Below are positions 13,433-26,497 of a stretch of DNA of 64,000 nucleotides, one piece after another. The position numbers and the translations under genes are program-made. The notes beneath the pieces are model-generated. The model saw nothing but the letters and a program-made list of their open reading frames with translations, ran no database searches and was not told the origin of the DNA. Source of the stretch: Lama glama. Taxonomy: Eukaryota. The DNA is taken from positions 85,562,001 to 85,626,000 of the forward strand of contig CM052817.1 of NCBI GenBank assembly GCA_028534125.1, written 5' to 3'. Numbering within the stretch: the stretch's first letter is position 1; every line of letters starts with the position of its first letter.

Positions 13433-14516
13433 CTATGGGTGTTATGAAGCTTAACTGTGCATGAGATAATATAGTTCAGTAAATGACATTTAGAGTCAAC
13501 TTCAACTCTATGACTTTTATATCCGACAATCATGTTTTAATACTGTCATTGTCAAATGATTGCTTTGGTACAAAGCATAGACTAAAGCTGAATAAATGCC
13601 ATTCTGTAATTCTACATAAGCTATAAGGTATTATTATATTAATAAAATATCTAATAAATTATACATGCTTTTTGTCATAAAAAAGCATAGCAGGAAAAAC
13701 TCATAAGCCCATCCTCTAGAAACCCTTTAAATATTGACTTGAATGATAAGCATCATCCTGTCAACAGAACAGAGTTCTATGAGATAGACACTGTGACATC
13801 CTGTAAACAAACTCTGTCATACAACTCTGTTTGAATTTTTGAAGCATTTGAAGTATTTTAACTGATAATTTTTCACCATGGTGGAAAATTATCAGAATGC
13901 AATCTGGCACAATTACTGGCAGGAGATAATCCAAGAATCGAAACTTCAGCATTTCATTTAATGTGAAAATACAGTGTTAAGAATCGCATTGATTATTTTA
14001 ATCCCATGTCACACTAGAAATATTGTTAAAGCTCTGTGATTCCTCTTTGACTGCCATTTGCCTCACAGCAGAGGCAAAATTGCAGTGATCTATTAATAAC
14101 TTGAATAGACTAAGAAATACTTTGTATTATTAAATTGCATAAATGGAGTAATGATCTTAAAAACATTGGTGATCATAATTCATAATATCATTACCATAGC
14201 AATAGTTTAGTTACATACCAAGTTAGATTGTGTTTATAGTTTCACTTTGAAAAGTTATTGGTCAAGAAATCATCAAACAGAGCATTAACTTGTATTTTGT
14301 CATTTTGAAAAAATACACACTCGTTTAAACTGTGCAAGTTGCAGTATGAAGAAGCACATTGTACGTAATACTGTTATAGATCAATAGCTGCACCTAGGTG
14401 GCTGAAGCATATATACTCAAACAGTAACAAAAACAATACAACAGAACACCCATAACAAAAACCACATTTGAAAGCCTTACAAAGCACATGTTGGGAAGAT
14501 AAAGAGAACTGAGTAT

Positions 14517-14952
14517 TATTCTGGGTTAAACTGTATCCCTCCAAAATTTATAGGTTGAGACACTAACCCCCTAATGTGACTATATTTGGATATAGGGCCT
14601 TTAAGGAGGTAATTAAAGATAAATGAGATCGTACTGGGGAGGATCTGATAAGACTCTATTTTTATAGGAAGAGAAATAGATACCAGAGCAAATTCTCTCT
14701 CTCTCTCTCCCTTTCTCTCTCTCTCTCTCCCTTTCTCTCTCTCTCTCTCTATCTCCCTGCAAATACACAGAGGAATGGCCATATGAGGACACAGCAGAAG
14801 ATAACTATTTGCAAGCCAAGAAGAGAGAACTCAACAGAAAGTTTCTGGCACCTTGATCATGGACTTCCAGCCTCCACTCTTGGGAGAAAATAAATTTCTG
14901 TTGTTTAAGCCACTCAGTCTGTAGTATTATGTGGCCCAAGAAGATTAATACA
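14517..14952 (+). mobile_element. MLT1A-like MaLR solo LTR with internal (CT)n
   Basis: ccctccaaaattt...aatgtgactatatttgga...agggcctttaaggaggtaattaa...ggcaccttgatcatggacttccagcctcc...aataaatttctgttgtttaagccac...taataca. Confidence 0.85.
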
Positions 14953-15029
14953 CATATATATATGAGAAAAACTATTTAAATGCTCATCATTCTTTTGTAA
15001 CAAAAAAAATCTGTTCATAAGATTTACAA

Positions 15030-17110
15030 TAATTCCTAGCCACAGCAATCCATCAAGAAAAATAAATAAAAGGGATCCAAATTGGAAGGGAACAGGTAAA
15101 ACTGTCACTATATGCAGATGATATGATATTATATATAGAAAACTCTAAAGACTCCACACAAAAACTACTAAAACTGATAAATGAAGTCAGCAATGTAGCA
15201 GTATACAAGAATAACATACAAAATCTATTGCATGTCTTTACACTAACAATGAAATATCAGAAAAGGAAAGTAAAAAACAACAACAACAACAAATCCCTTT
15301 TAAAATTGCATCAAAAATAAATAAAATACTTAGAAAGAAACCTAACCAAGGAGTATAAGACTTACATGCTGAGAACTATAAAATATTAATAAAGAACATT
15401 GAAGATGATTTAAAGAAATGTTAAGATATCCCATGCTCTTGGATTGGAAGAATTAATACTGTTAAAATGGCCATACTACCCAAAGCAATCTACAGATTTA
15501 ATGCAAGCTCTATCAAGTTATCCAGGACATTTTTCACAGAACTAGAACAAATAATGCTAAAATTTATGTGGAATCACAAAAGACTCAGAATTGCCAAAGC
15601 AATACTGAGGAAAAAGAACAAAGTTGGAGGCTTAACCCTCCCAGATTTCAGACAATACTGCAAAGCTACAGTAATCAAAATAGTGTGGTATTGGCACAAA
15701 AACAGACATGGATCAATAGAATAGGATAGAGAGCCTGGAAATAAACTCACACATCTATTGTTAATTAATCTTCGACAACGGAGGCAAGAATATACAATGG
15801 AGAAAAGGCAGTCTCAGGCAAGTGGTGTTGGGATAACTGGACAGTCACATGTAAATCGGTGAAGCTAGAACACTCCATCACACCATACACAAGATAAACT
15901 CAAAATGGCTTAAAGACTTAAACATAAGACAAGATACCATATGTCTCCTAGAAGAGAACATAGGCATAACATTTTGTGACATAAATCATAGCAATGTTTT
16001 CCTAGGTCGGTCTCCCAAGGCAATATAAATAAAAGCAAAAATAAACAAATAGGACCTAATTAAATGTATATGCCTTTGCATAGCAAAGGAAACCATAAAC
16101 AAAATGAAAAGACCACCTATGGCCTGGGAGAAAATATTTGTAAATGATGCTACTGAAAAAAGCTTAATTTCCAGACTATATGAACAGCTCATACAACTTA
16201 GTAATAAAAAAAACAAACAGCCCAACCAAACAATGGGCAGAAGACCTAAACAGACGTTTCTCCAATGAAGGCATACAAATGGCCAATAGGCATGTGAAAA
16301 GATGCTCAACATCGCCAATTATCAGAGAAATATAAATCAAAAGTACAATGAGGTACCTCACACTGATCAGAAAGGCCAACATTAAAAAGTCCACAAACTA
16401 TAATGCTGGAGAAGGTGTGGGGAAAGGAGAACTTCTACACTGTTGGTGGTAATGTAATTTGGTGCAGCCATTATGGAAAACAGTATGGAGACTCCTCAAA
16501 AACATAAAAACAGAGTTACCATAATTCCACTCTTGGACATATATCTGAGGAAAATTCTAATCCAAAAAGACACATGCACCCTAGTGCTCATAGAAGCACT
16601 ATTTAGAACAGCCAAGACATGGAAGCAACCTAAATGTCCATCAACAGACAAGTGAATAAAGATGATGGTTAGCATATATGTTGGAATACTGCTCAACTAT
16701 AAAAGAAAATGAAATACTGCCAGTTGCAGAGACAAGGATGGACCTAGAGATCATTATACTAAGTGAACTAAGTCAAAGACGAACATCACATGGTATCACT
16801 TACATGTGGAATCAAAAAAAGTGAGACAAATGAACTTATTTACAAAACAGAAACAGACTCATAGACACAGAAAACAAACATGTCACCAAATAAGAAAGGG
16901 CAGGAAGAGATACATTAGGAGCTTGAGATTAGCATATACAAACTACTGCATATAAAATAGATAGACAACAAGTTTTACTCTATAGCACAGGAAACTGTTC
17001 AATATCTCATAACTCATGAAGAGGTATAGATATAGATAGATAGATATAGATACAGATATAGATATATCTGAATCACTTTGCTGTACACCAGAAACTAACA
17101 TAATATCCAC
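15030..17110 (+). mobile_element. 5'-truncated, frameshifted LINE-1 (cetartiodactyl type): 3' part of ORF2 plus 3'UTR
   Basis: Translates [15 protein letters not shown] (RT catalytic motif, 15111-15122), [32 protein letters not shown]; multiple stops and frameshifts; 3'UTR ends cactttgctgtacaccagaaactaac. Confidence 0.95.
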
Positions 17111-17127
17111 AAATAAGGTCAGGCCAG

Positions 17128-17137
17128 TATATATATA

Positions 17138-17166
<29 letters not shown>
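17128..17166. repeat. (TA)n/(TG)n compound microsatellite
   Basis: Read directly. Confidence 0.9.
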
Positions 17167-17168
<2 letters not shown>

Positions 17169-18253
17169 TTTTGAAGATTTAAGAAAAAATAATTTTCCAG
17201 CTGAGAATGCCTGTAATATGGTGCACAAATCATTGACAATGGATCCTTTTTTGAATATCACTTATGTCACTAAGCAAGAATAACAAGTAATTATTGTAAA
17301 TGGGATGTATAAAAATGGGAGTGTTGATATACAATGTGGAGTTTGATCCTGTTATCTTACCAACAGTTGCTTATATATGTTTTTTGACTATCAGTCTCTA
17401 ATAGGGCAGCTCTATTCATTAATTATTTCTGCAATTTGTAAAAGTACAATCTACACTAATTTAATAAAGGCTAATGGTCTCTTTTTGATTAACTGAAAAA
17501 ACATTAAATTACTATAACTAGCCAAAAACTTTAGTATATTGCATAATATCATGTTGTATTACTCAAATATGTCATACAGCTATGCTGTAATCTCATATAA
17601 AAATATTAGAAAATATGATAGAAATTAATGAAGAAATTATCATGCATGCAGGGAGAAAAGCAGAAAATGTGTATTTATCATCTCTACAGCTTAGGTCGAA
17701 ATGAATTCATAAAAACATGTGACAAAGTAAATTATATCCATAATAGTTTATATATATATATATTTATAAATTACATAAATGTATATGTTGACTCTTATGA
17801 GAAGGTAAAATAAATTTTTATTAAAAAACAGTTATAGTTCAAAGGCCATTCATGACAAATATGATTACCTGGCAATTTTATTTATTATTTAATTTTGACA
17901 TCCATCTAGACTGTAAATCTTTCCCAGATAGCATGTTTTAAGTTTTACCAAATGTGTAATGAAATAGGACTAGTCATAAAATCTTTTCTTGTCTGCGTTA
18001 TCAAAATGTATTTTATAAGAGACAGACAATTATGTTTTTTATAAGATATAGAAAATTATAAAACAAATCTCATTCAGGAAAAATAATTCCAGTTTAAAGT
18101 ACTAGTAGTTAGTATTACAGAAAAGATTATAAAAAGAGAAATTAAGACTTTAATCATATTTGAAATTAGAAAAATTAGATTGCAAATAGGATATTAAATA
18201 GAATTAGGAAAATTAGTGCCAGAAGTCTTAAGATTGATTTCTCTCTCCTCCTA

Positions 18254-18284
<31 letters not shown>

Positions 18285-21146
18285 TCAAACACATACCATC
18301 TGACTATCTGTAAACACAATATTGAACATAAAATTGTGCATGATATTTTCATTAACTTATATGGTCTTTTGTTTTAGATTTGTTTATATTGGTCCAGTCG
18401 CTGATTGTATAAAAATCATTTAATGAGAGTCAGGTAGTTTTTCAGATTATATAATCCATTTATTTTAAATTTTTTCAGCAGATATGTTAAACCAATGCCA
18501 TATGGCAAACAGAGTATAATTTTGAGGACAGAGAACAAAACAGACATGTACTTATCTTTCATGTAGCTTTCTTCCTAATAAGAGGACTGACACTAATTGA
18601 GTTATCTATGGGTTAATGTATTATTTAAAATTGAAATAAATGTAATGAAGGAAAATTACAACTACTGACGTCTAGCCATTGTAAAGCACAACATATAGCC
18701 AATTTACTTTTTCTGAAAAATTATAAAATATTTTATTTTGATTTATTTCAAATGCATTTGTTGTAGTGACTGATAAAGTTTTAATCTCTACTAACTTCAT
18801 TATTTAAAGCAATACATGAAGACTGTTTAAAAATTTTTTTTGATTAATTACTTTTTAAGAACATTAATAGCCTGAAAGTATTCATACAATTTCCAATTAT
18901 GCCTGCATTACCATTTAGGGAGAGTTATAGGTGGATCTTAATAAATTAAAATAGAGTTGCAAGCGTATATATGAGGTCTTACAATACTGATCTTTCATAT
19001 TAGTTTACTGTAACAATACATTCAATCTTTACTGAGAATTTTTAATTCAACTTTAACCTGTTTAAAATGTTCATGTGGCTTCATTTTTTTATTAAAAAAG
19101 AAAATATATAAGATTAATGTCCTGGAAAATTTATCTTCTATTGACACCACAGTTATTGATAAGCCAATTAACAATAAAGAAAGCATAAATTATACTACAT
19201 AATCATTTTATAAACAACAATTAAAGATGATATTTGTATTTTAAAAACTCACAGAAACTCAGCTATGTAACTATTGTTAGATGAGTGGTTCTGAGTAACA
19301 TTTTTGTTGATTAATCAATATAATTTAAATAAAAGTGAATTTACCTTTATTCTCAGCTTTTAATACAAAGAACAATCTACATATCTAGTTAAAATAGAAC
19401 AATAATAGTCCTTGCAATCTTAATGAAAATTTCATGTCATTTTGAAAAAGCTTTGATAAGTGTGCTCACTATTGGCTGAATTTTCCTGGTTAATGAGAAT
19501 GAGAGTTAACTACAGTAACTGCTTATTTCAACCCAGATTTCACACTAGAAATAAGAAGAGACATTTGCCTTCTAGGTACTTACAATTTCATTAGAAGTGA
19601 TGGATTTTTTTTGTAGTATAGAGATTCTTAGGCAATGAAAAATACTGATTGCTTCTCCTTTCTAATATAGCAATAGTTCATGTCTTGGAACTAGTTCTAT
19701 TGTCAAAGTGAATAATATGTTAATATGTTTAGGTATGGCCTTATTCTTCCTGATAGAAAAATGGAATGACTTTTGACATTAAGGGAGTGTGTTATCAGTC
19801 ACTTGAGTAGTACTGATGCCAAATATTTCTGATGATGCTTTTGAGCTTCAGGTAAGATTCTGAAAGAGAAAATGAGAGGCTAAAATGTGTGCCCTATATC
19901 TCTCTTTGAGGGGTTTGTGTAAGCGAAGAATCATATATTCCAACAAAGCAGGAGGGCTTGTTGGAAAATGGGCCTTATCAGAAACTAGATTTGAAATTAT
20001 ATTGTTTTTGCAGGACTGCTTTCTAAGCATTTGTGTTAGAATTCTAGAAATTCTTTTGATGTAATAAGAGAGCTTTTGGTCCCTTTGCCTTCATAAACTG
20101 TAATCTCTAGGCAGCATCAAAACCACCAAATAGATTCTTGCCCAATCAAATGCACAATTCTAAGTACAATTGTGCCCATTAAGGAATTGATATATTAAAA
20201 TAGTGCTTCAGTATTTATGAAGCCTATAATATCTGTCTATACAATCATTTGTTAAAGATTTGGAGAACATGCTTGGTGTCCTATCCATGGATGGATTTAG
20301 GGAATTATTGAAAGCTAAGGTCCTTCCTTTCAGATTGGTCTCATTGCAATTGGGGAGGTGAAAATAAACAGTTAACATATAGACAATTTCTAAATACCAA
20401 ATAATCCAATCAGATTTCCTGCTTTAAGAAAAATAAACATCAAGACAAGAAAGATAGAGGTCAGAGACAAAGCACTGCTAGATTTTGTGAATACTCTAAT
20501 GATAGAAAGAAAAGAAAAGCTGTAGACGCTAGGTAGCTTTATAGCACCAAAGCCTGTCAGCTGGCTTGGTACAAAACACCTCATGCAAAATTAAGTCAGT
20601 GAGAACAGCACTGGTAGCACCATTGGTTCAGATAATGAAAATTATACTAACTAGTTAATAAATGTGCCTATATTTCCCTTGCTATTAAGCAAGATTAGAT
20701 AAATCAATGTAGAAAAACAAACACCCTCCGATAATTACATGATGAATAAGAGATGTCTGAGTGTACGGAAAACATTAAGGGAACTTGATAAAAATATACA
20801 AAACATTGGAATCAGTAAAAGCAGTAGTTTTCAAGTATGCAATGGAAAATGAACTTCCATAGGATATTAATAGGATGAAGATTGTACACGTCATTCTCAC
20901 AGTTTACAGTTTTTGAAATGTTAAAACATGCACATGGCAACAAAATAAAGCTGGGAAGTTTGTACGTAAATATTCACTATAACTGCATTTAAAATGTTAT
21001 TATCATAGCAAAAAGACTATTGGGTCAAAGCTGTTGACAACGGAAAATTAAGAAAATAAATGTAATCTGGTAACTAAAACTTCTATTTGAGTAATTATCT
21101 TGACATTCTTCATTAATATGAAACAATATTTTTCTTAAGAAACTGA

Positions 21147-21342
21147 GAGGACGCTCAGCCACCCTCCCCCTGGATGGGACCTGGTTCTTGTCTCGCTCTG
21201 CTCCCTGCCCCCTGGATGCACAATGCCTAGTGACCCGGAGGATGTGAATTAAGGAGATGGGAAGGTGTGAGCTGCAAACCCAGAGGAGGGTGAGAAAGAG
21301 GAGGCGGCTCTGGGATGATTAAAAAAACTTTAAAAAAAAGAA
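21147..21342 (+). pseudogene. Short retroposed fragment (probable processed mRNA 3'UTR or orphan transduction) of unknown source
   Basis: GC-rich block in AT-rich context; ATTAAA at 21318-21323 then an A-rich tail; flanked by aagaaactga (21137-21146) and aagaaaatga (21343-21352). Confidence 0.6.
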
Positions 21343-21359
21343 AAGAAAATGACTTTTCT

Positions 21360-21765
21360 AATAGAGGACTGCAGAGCTGAGACTGACAGAGGAATCTGCA
21401 CACAAAAGTAGTACAGGGAAGTGATTTTGGAACATGCCTGTAAGAGAGTGAAGAAAGCAGAATTACACAGAGAGAGAAACTTGAACTGTGATGCAGTTGC
21501 AATAGGGGCTTCAGTTGAATTCACAAGGACTTCTCAGGCTAGAATGGCTGTTAGGGGTCATTTAAAATTGAAACAAGAGAGTTGGGTATATGTAAACCTT
21601 CATTGGTTGATCTATAGATACAGGAAACCGCTACATTCAGCTGAGGGTATTTTCCAGGGAGAGACACTGCTGCGAGCAGTCAGCAGTCAACATTCCCAGA
21701 AACCAGGGGGACGAGTGCCTACTGTTGGGGGATTTGAGTGATGCACTACAATATCCATTATTGTC
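21360..21765 (-). mobile_element. LTR16-family (ERVL) LTR
   Basis: gaagaaagcagaatt...gaactgtgatgcagttgcaa...cagctgaggg...ggggatttgagtgatgcactacaatatcca resembles antisense LTR16A and abuts ERVL internal sequence. Confidence 0.7.
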
Positions 21766-24250
21766 AACCACTTGTGCCACTCAGATGACTTGCTTATTAG
21801 AGTAAGTTCAACCCATGTGAGGTATACTTCTCCAGGTCTTATCAAAGAAAAATAGACCAAGTGCTAGTTTAAAATGGCAAGGAAGACTTTCTTGGAGACT
21901 ATTGCAATAGGGACCAAGGAACTAAAAGGCAGGATTTTTAAACTCCGGAAGAAGCTAAGGGGGAAGTACTGGAAGAAGTTAGGGTAAGGCTAGTCATTGC
22001 AATTAGGCCATCTGTGATTGCTAATTGTCCCTTATTGAAATTTGGCTCCTATCCACCCACAGAGGCTGAGAATCTGGGACCCTATCTTTCTTGATGACCT
22101 TTCAAAGGGATGCTTCTCAGGTCTTTGAGAAAGACATTCCTGAGTTGTAGAACTGACAGGAAGCTAGGAGACTTACATCTTAAAGGATTAGAGAAATATT
22201 TTGCAATTTCAAGGATTTCAGGGGACTGGAGTCAGGAAGAAGTCCATCTTAAGTTTAGATAAGCTGATGTGAGTGTTAAGTCTGAGCAGATCACATTCTA
22301 GTTAGTAGTTTGCTGTGGGAAAAACTCCAAATAGAGCATTGATATCTCCGATCCACAACCCTGTCCATAATGGCACTTGCTGTCCACTTATTATCGAGAT
22401 TGGGCAGGAGAGTACTAAAAAGTACCTGTGTGAACCACCTGAAGGTCAAATGTTGTCCTTTCTGCCCTTTGTGTAGCTCCAGACCTATTGCCCCCTAATG
22501 ATGAATGTCAGTTACCATTGCTAGGATGGTGATTCCTTTCTTTGCCTAGTGGTGTCTTGACATGAGGAGTCCAAAGTGACTGGGTGGCACCAAAGCTTAA
22601 GGTGGACATCACATTCCCTGTTGGAAGAAGAATCCTGCTTAGGTACCTGGATCTCTACATGCATAGATCCTAAATTTCTGGGGAAAGAGAGCACAGGGTC
22701 TTAAGTTGGTTGCTGGAAGTAACGGTAAAAGACAAAAAAACAAAAAAAACAACTTATCTTACTTTTAGTTTTTGGTGTCTAGACCAATGTATTTTGTTTA
22801 TGGAGGAATAGTTCACCTAATATTGTTGGTTTAAGATATACAGCACATCTTGGGAGATACACATTCTTGCAGAGTTGAATTTACTACGATGGCATCTTAC
22901 TAGGCATTTAAAAGGCAATTTCGTCTCTCTGTTATGCTGGTAACGTATTGGGCACTAAATGATAAGCTCAGTGGATACCATAGCTGTTTTGTCACTGCCA
23001 CATGTCCTTTGCTGTAAAGTGGAATCTTGGGCCCGAGACAGTTTAATGTGAGATTTTGTATTGGTGGATCATACCCTCTAAATTCCTCAGATAGTGGTTC
23101 TGACTGAGACCTTAAGGACAGGAAAGGAAAATCCATTCCAGGAATATATGCAGATATTAAACAATGTTAATTTCTTCCCGCATGGGAAGGCTTCAGTGTA
23201 TTCAGTTTGTCAGCAAGTTGGTAGGTTGTCATTTTAGGTTGTATTAGAAGTTCAACATGAGTCTCTGTTGCTGACAAATTGGACTTTCAGCAATTGCAGA
23301 AAGTTGGATCAGCCTTTATGAATGAAACCCATGTTGTTGTACTGATCTTTCACCTCCATCCCTGCCATCACTGCTGCTCTGGTCTTGGACGCACTGTGTC
23401 AGGAATAGAGTGGCTATTGACAGAGTCTGAATGACATTACTTGGCTAATTCTTTCTGTCTACTTCGTTCTTCTATGGGCTCCCATAGTAGATGTTTCTCT
23501 GTGGGCATTAACACATCATTTAAAGATCATCACATCTCTGTCCCCTCATGTAGGTCATTCAACATGTCACTATTTCAGACTCCAATTCCTTAAGTATTCT
23601 TTATTTCAGGCCCCAAATCAAACAGCCAAACATGTTCCACTGTATAAGAGTCTGTGTATATTCTTATCTTGAGTCATTTCTTTTTTCATACAAAGTAGAT
23701 GACAAGGTGCTCTGCCCAAGGCTCTGCATATTGCAAAAATATCTCCATCCTGCTGTCTTCAGGGGCTGTGTGCAACAGTAGTTTCTACTTTGCTTGCACT
23801 AAGATACTGAGGCAATCCACCTGTGAACTGAACTTGACCTTTCCTTTCTGTCAGTTGGTCATAAGGAAACCCTCATGAGTGCAGTGTTGAATAACATCGG
23901 GACATGGTCTATCTATTCATGCTACTTACTTGTGCTATTTGGCCTGCTCAGTGTACACAAATCCATTTACTATAGAATGCCAGTGGATGTACTTGACATT
24001 ATGGTTTGGTGGGACTGAAAGAATTCAACTTGCGATGCTCAGTTCTGGCTATACCGTCACTTGATATTCCATGTCTTCCCCCTGGACTCAGTTTCCATGG
24101 GGGCTCAGAAATACTCTGGGAGCCACTTTTTTGAATGATGCTTCATAATCGCCTGCAGATGGGTTGGTCTTGCTCTATAACCCAAATGGTGTATGTTGTA
24201 TTTCTTGCATATGTGACATGAGCTCTATTCAGAATCTTAAGAAGCCTAGC
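21766..24250 (-). mobile_element. Decayed ERVL (ERVL-E-like) internal region: RNase H, integrase and dUTPase remnants
   Basis: Minus-strand translation: ~23750-23625 QYAEPWAEHLVIYFV*KKK*LKIRIYTDS (RNase H); ~23010-22905 FHFTAKDMWQ*QNSYGIH*AYH...SITERRNCLL (integrase); ~22590-22502 PPSHFGLLMSRHH*AKKGITILAMVTD (ERVL dUTPase). Confidence 0.85.
21840..22295 (-). mobile_element. ERV1-type solo LTR (MER31/MER67-like) nested in the ERVL
   Basis: t(a)tcaaag...tcaca termini; 4-bp flanks gtct/ttct; motif ttctcaggtctttgagaaagacattcctgagttgt; ERVL sequence resumes on both sides. Confidence 0.7.
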
Positions 24251-25078
24251 ATATATAGTGTAAGGCAGGAGGTGAGAGGTGCTGAATATAATTATTTAAT
24301 TCATCAGAACACACTTAATTTTTATAAAGACCAGACTAGTGGAAGAAATAGTAATGTGGAGAGAATAATCACTCCTGCACATTCCAAATTTGTAAGGCTA
24401 ACCCTTGCATTACTCCAAGGTTGTACTTTTTATGATTAACCAGCTTGGTCAGAGAGATTTTTGCATATACTTGAAGAATTTTAAGAAGATGTTTGTGTTT
24501 TGAATACAGAAATTAAAGTAAGAACCATAGATAACAGAGGAAAATGAGTAAATGCCAGGAAAACTTCATTTGCCATGTTAAAGAATTTGGCCATTATTCA
24601 ACAGCAATTAGAACTCATTTAACTGTTTTTAGCAACAAATGCAAAATACGTGTTTTTTGGTTGATGATTTCAGTTATTTTTTTTAATGAAAATAATCTTA
24701 TGTTCTATAATAATTAAAAATAAAGAAAATGTGGCTCAAAAATTCTGAAACAAATTTAGGGAAGATTCTTAACATAATAATTGATTAGAAAAGAAAACTT
24801 CCTTTAAAAACACATCATGTTATTTAAAATCTATACTGCTTTTATTTTTGGTTTCACATCTTTTACTTTTATCTTCTTACCTTTCTTAGCTCTTTGTCTT
24901 TGTCCAACCAATTACAAATGGCAAAAGGCTTGCCTATCCCTCAAAAGTTGAAGTTATACCTGGTTTATCTTAAATGAAAATGATAGATGATTCTTCAATT
25001 TAAGAGGATCTGAAACTCCTTGACTGTTAAAACCATGATATCTCACACTGAAAACTATTTCATGAATACAAATGGAAA

Positions 25079-25104
25079 ACACACACACACACACACACAC
25101 ACAC
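25079..25104. repeat. (AC)n microsatellite
   Basis: Read directly. Confidence 0.95.
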
Positions 25105-26497
25105 TTGAGGATTTAGTATGAATACATTTTACAGATCTAATATAATCTTGAAGATTCAATACAAATAAATTTTGCAGATAGATATATTTTTATTAAAATT
25201 GATGAATTGTGTTGTGTCTGTTCCCCAGGTTTAGAAGGATATTTTCAAGCTCTCATTTTAATATTTAAAATAGATAACTTAGTAAAATACTGTGTCTTGT
25301 ATTAGTGTGGATAGATAAGTCTATTTTTGAAATTTGTATTTGCTAAATTATTATCTGTCACCCACTCTTTTTCGTCCATAGTACCCAAATAATCTTTTAC
25401 TATGTAATATTAAACTATTTTAATAGCATTACTCTGACTGTGATAATTCCTTAATGCATATTATATTTATTTAACTGAATTTGTAAAGCCTTTACATATC
25501 ATATTAAAGATATGTAGTGCTTTATTTTATATGCGTGGTAAATATTTCTATGACAGTTTATTTTCCTACACTTCTACTACATGGATATATTGAAATAGTA
25601 AATGATATAATTTTAGTTCTTATTTTCAAAACTGTGTTTAAAAACATTGATCTCTGACAGTTTTCTTCTAAATAATGAAGCTTGATAATTATGAGATTGT
25701 TTACATATTATCTTTTCCAGCACTAAATCAAGGCTATTATTCCATAACCCATGTAAGAGAAGACAATGTTATTTAAAAAAAAAAAGAAAGAAAAACGAGT
25801 TATACTGAGCTAAGAATAAAATATACAAGGATGCAATGACCTAGCTATTCTAAAATATTAGGCTTATATAATTTTAATAAAAATAAAATACTTTAATGAA
25901 AAATGGGTTATGAATGTCACAGTTGTATTGTACAGGATTACTCTTATTGGTTAATAAGATAGCTACAAATGTCTGATATATCAAGGTCATACTCTATATT
26001 CTAATTACTCAGTTCAAGTAAATAAATGGGTTTTAAGACTCATAACATTAGTAACTGTTGATTTTATAATCTTTATGATTTATGACCTTAAAACTACATT
26101 TCATAATGACCTTACTTATAAAAAAAATTCACTGTCAACTCTTTATTTCAGATTTAAGATTACCAGTGCTTTTCATATATTCTATTAATAACTGAAACTA
26201 AGGAACTAATGTTGATGTTGATAAGTACATAAAATCAACAGGCCTTATAATGGTTCTTGAAAATTCCAAGTGAGACCTCTGACTTTCTATAACATAGTTT
26301 TGAGAAATAAAAGAAGATGAAGACAAAGAAAAACCAATGCTGTGACTAAAAACACATTCATGAATGTACTTTTGATTTTAAGGAATTGGCAATTTATTGA
26401 AGTAATTAATGAATATTAAGTTTCAATACATAGAGTTGGGAAAAGCCTCTAAATACTTTCTGAGTATTCAGTATTTCCTTTTTTCTGGTTATATGCA

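Noticed and set aside
15123..16696. Cluster of ORFs on both strands
   Set aside because: Plus-strand ORFs are frameshifted L1 ORF2 pieces and minus-strand ones are antisense L1 artefacts; not host genes
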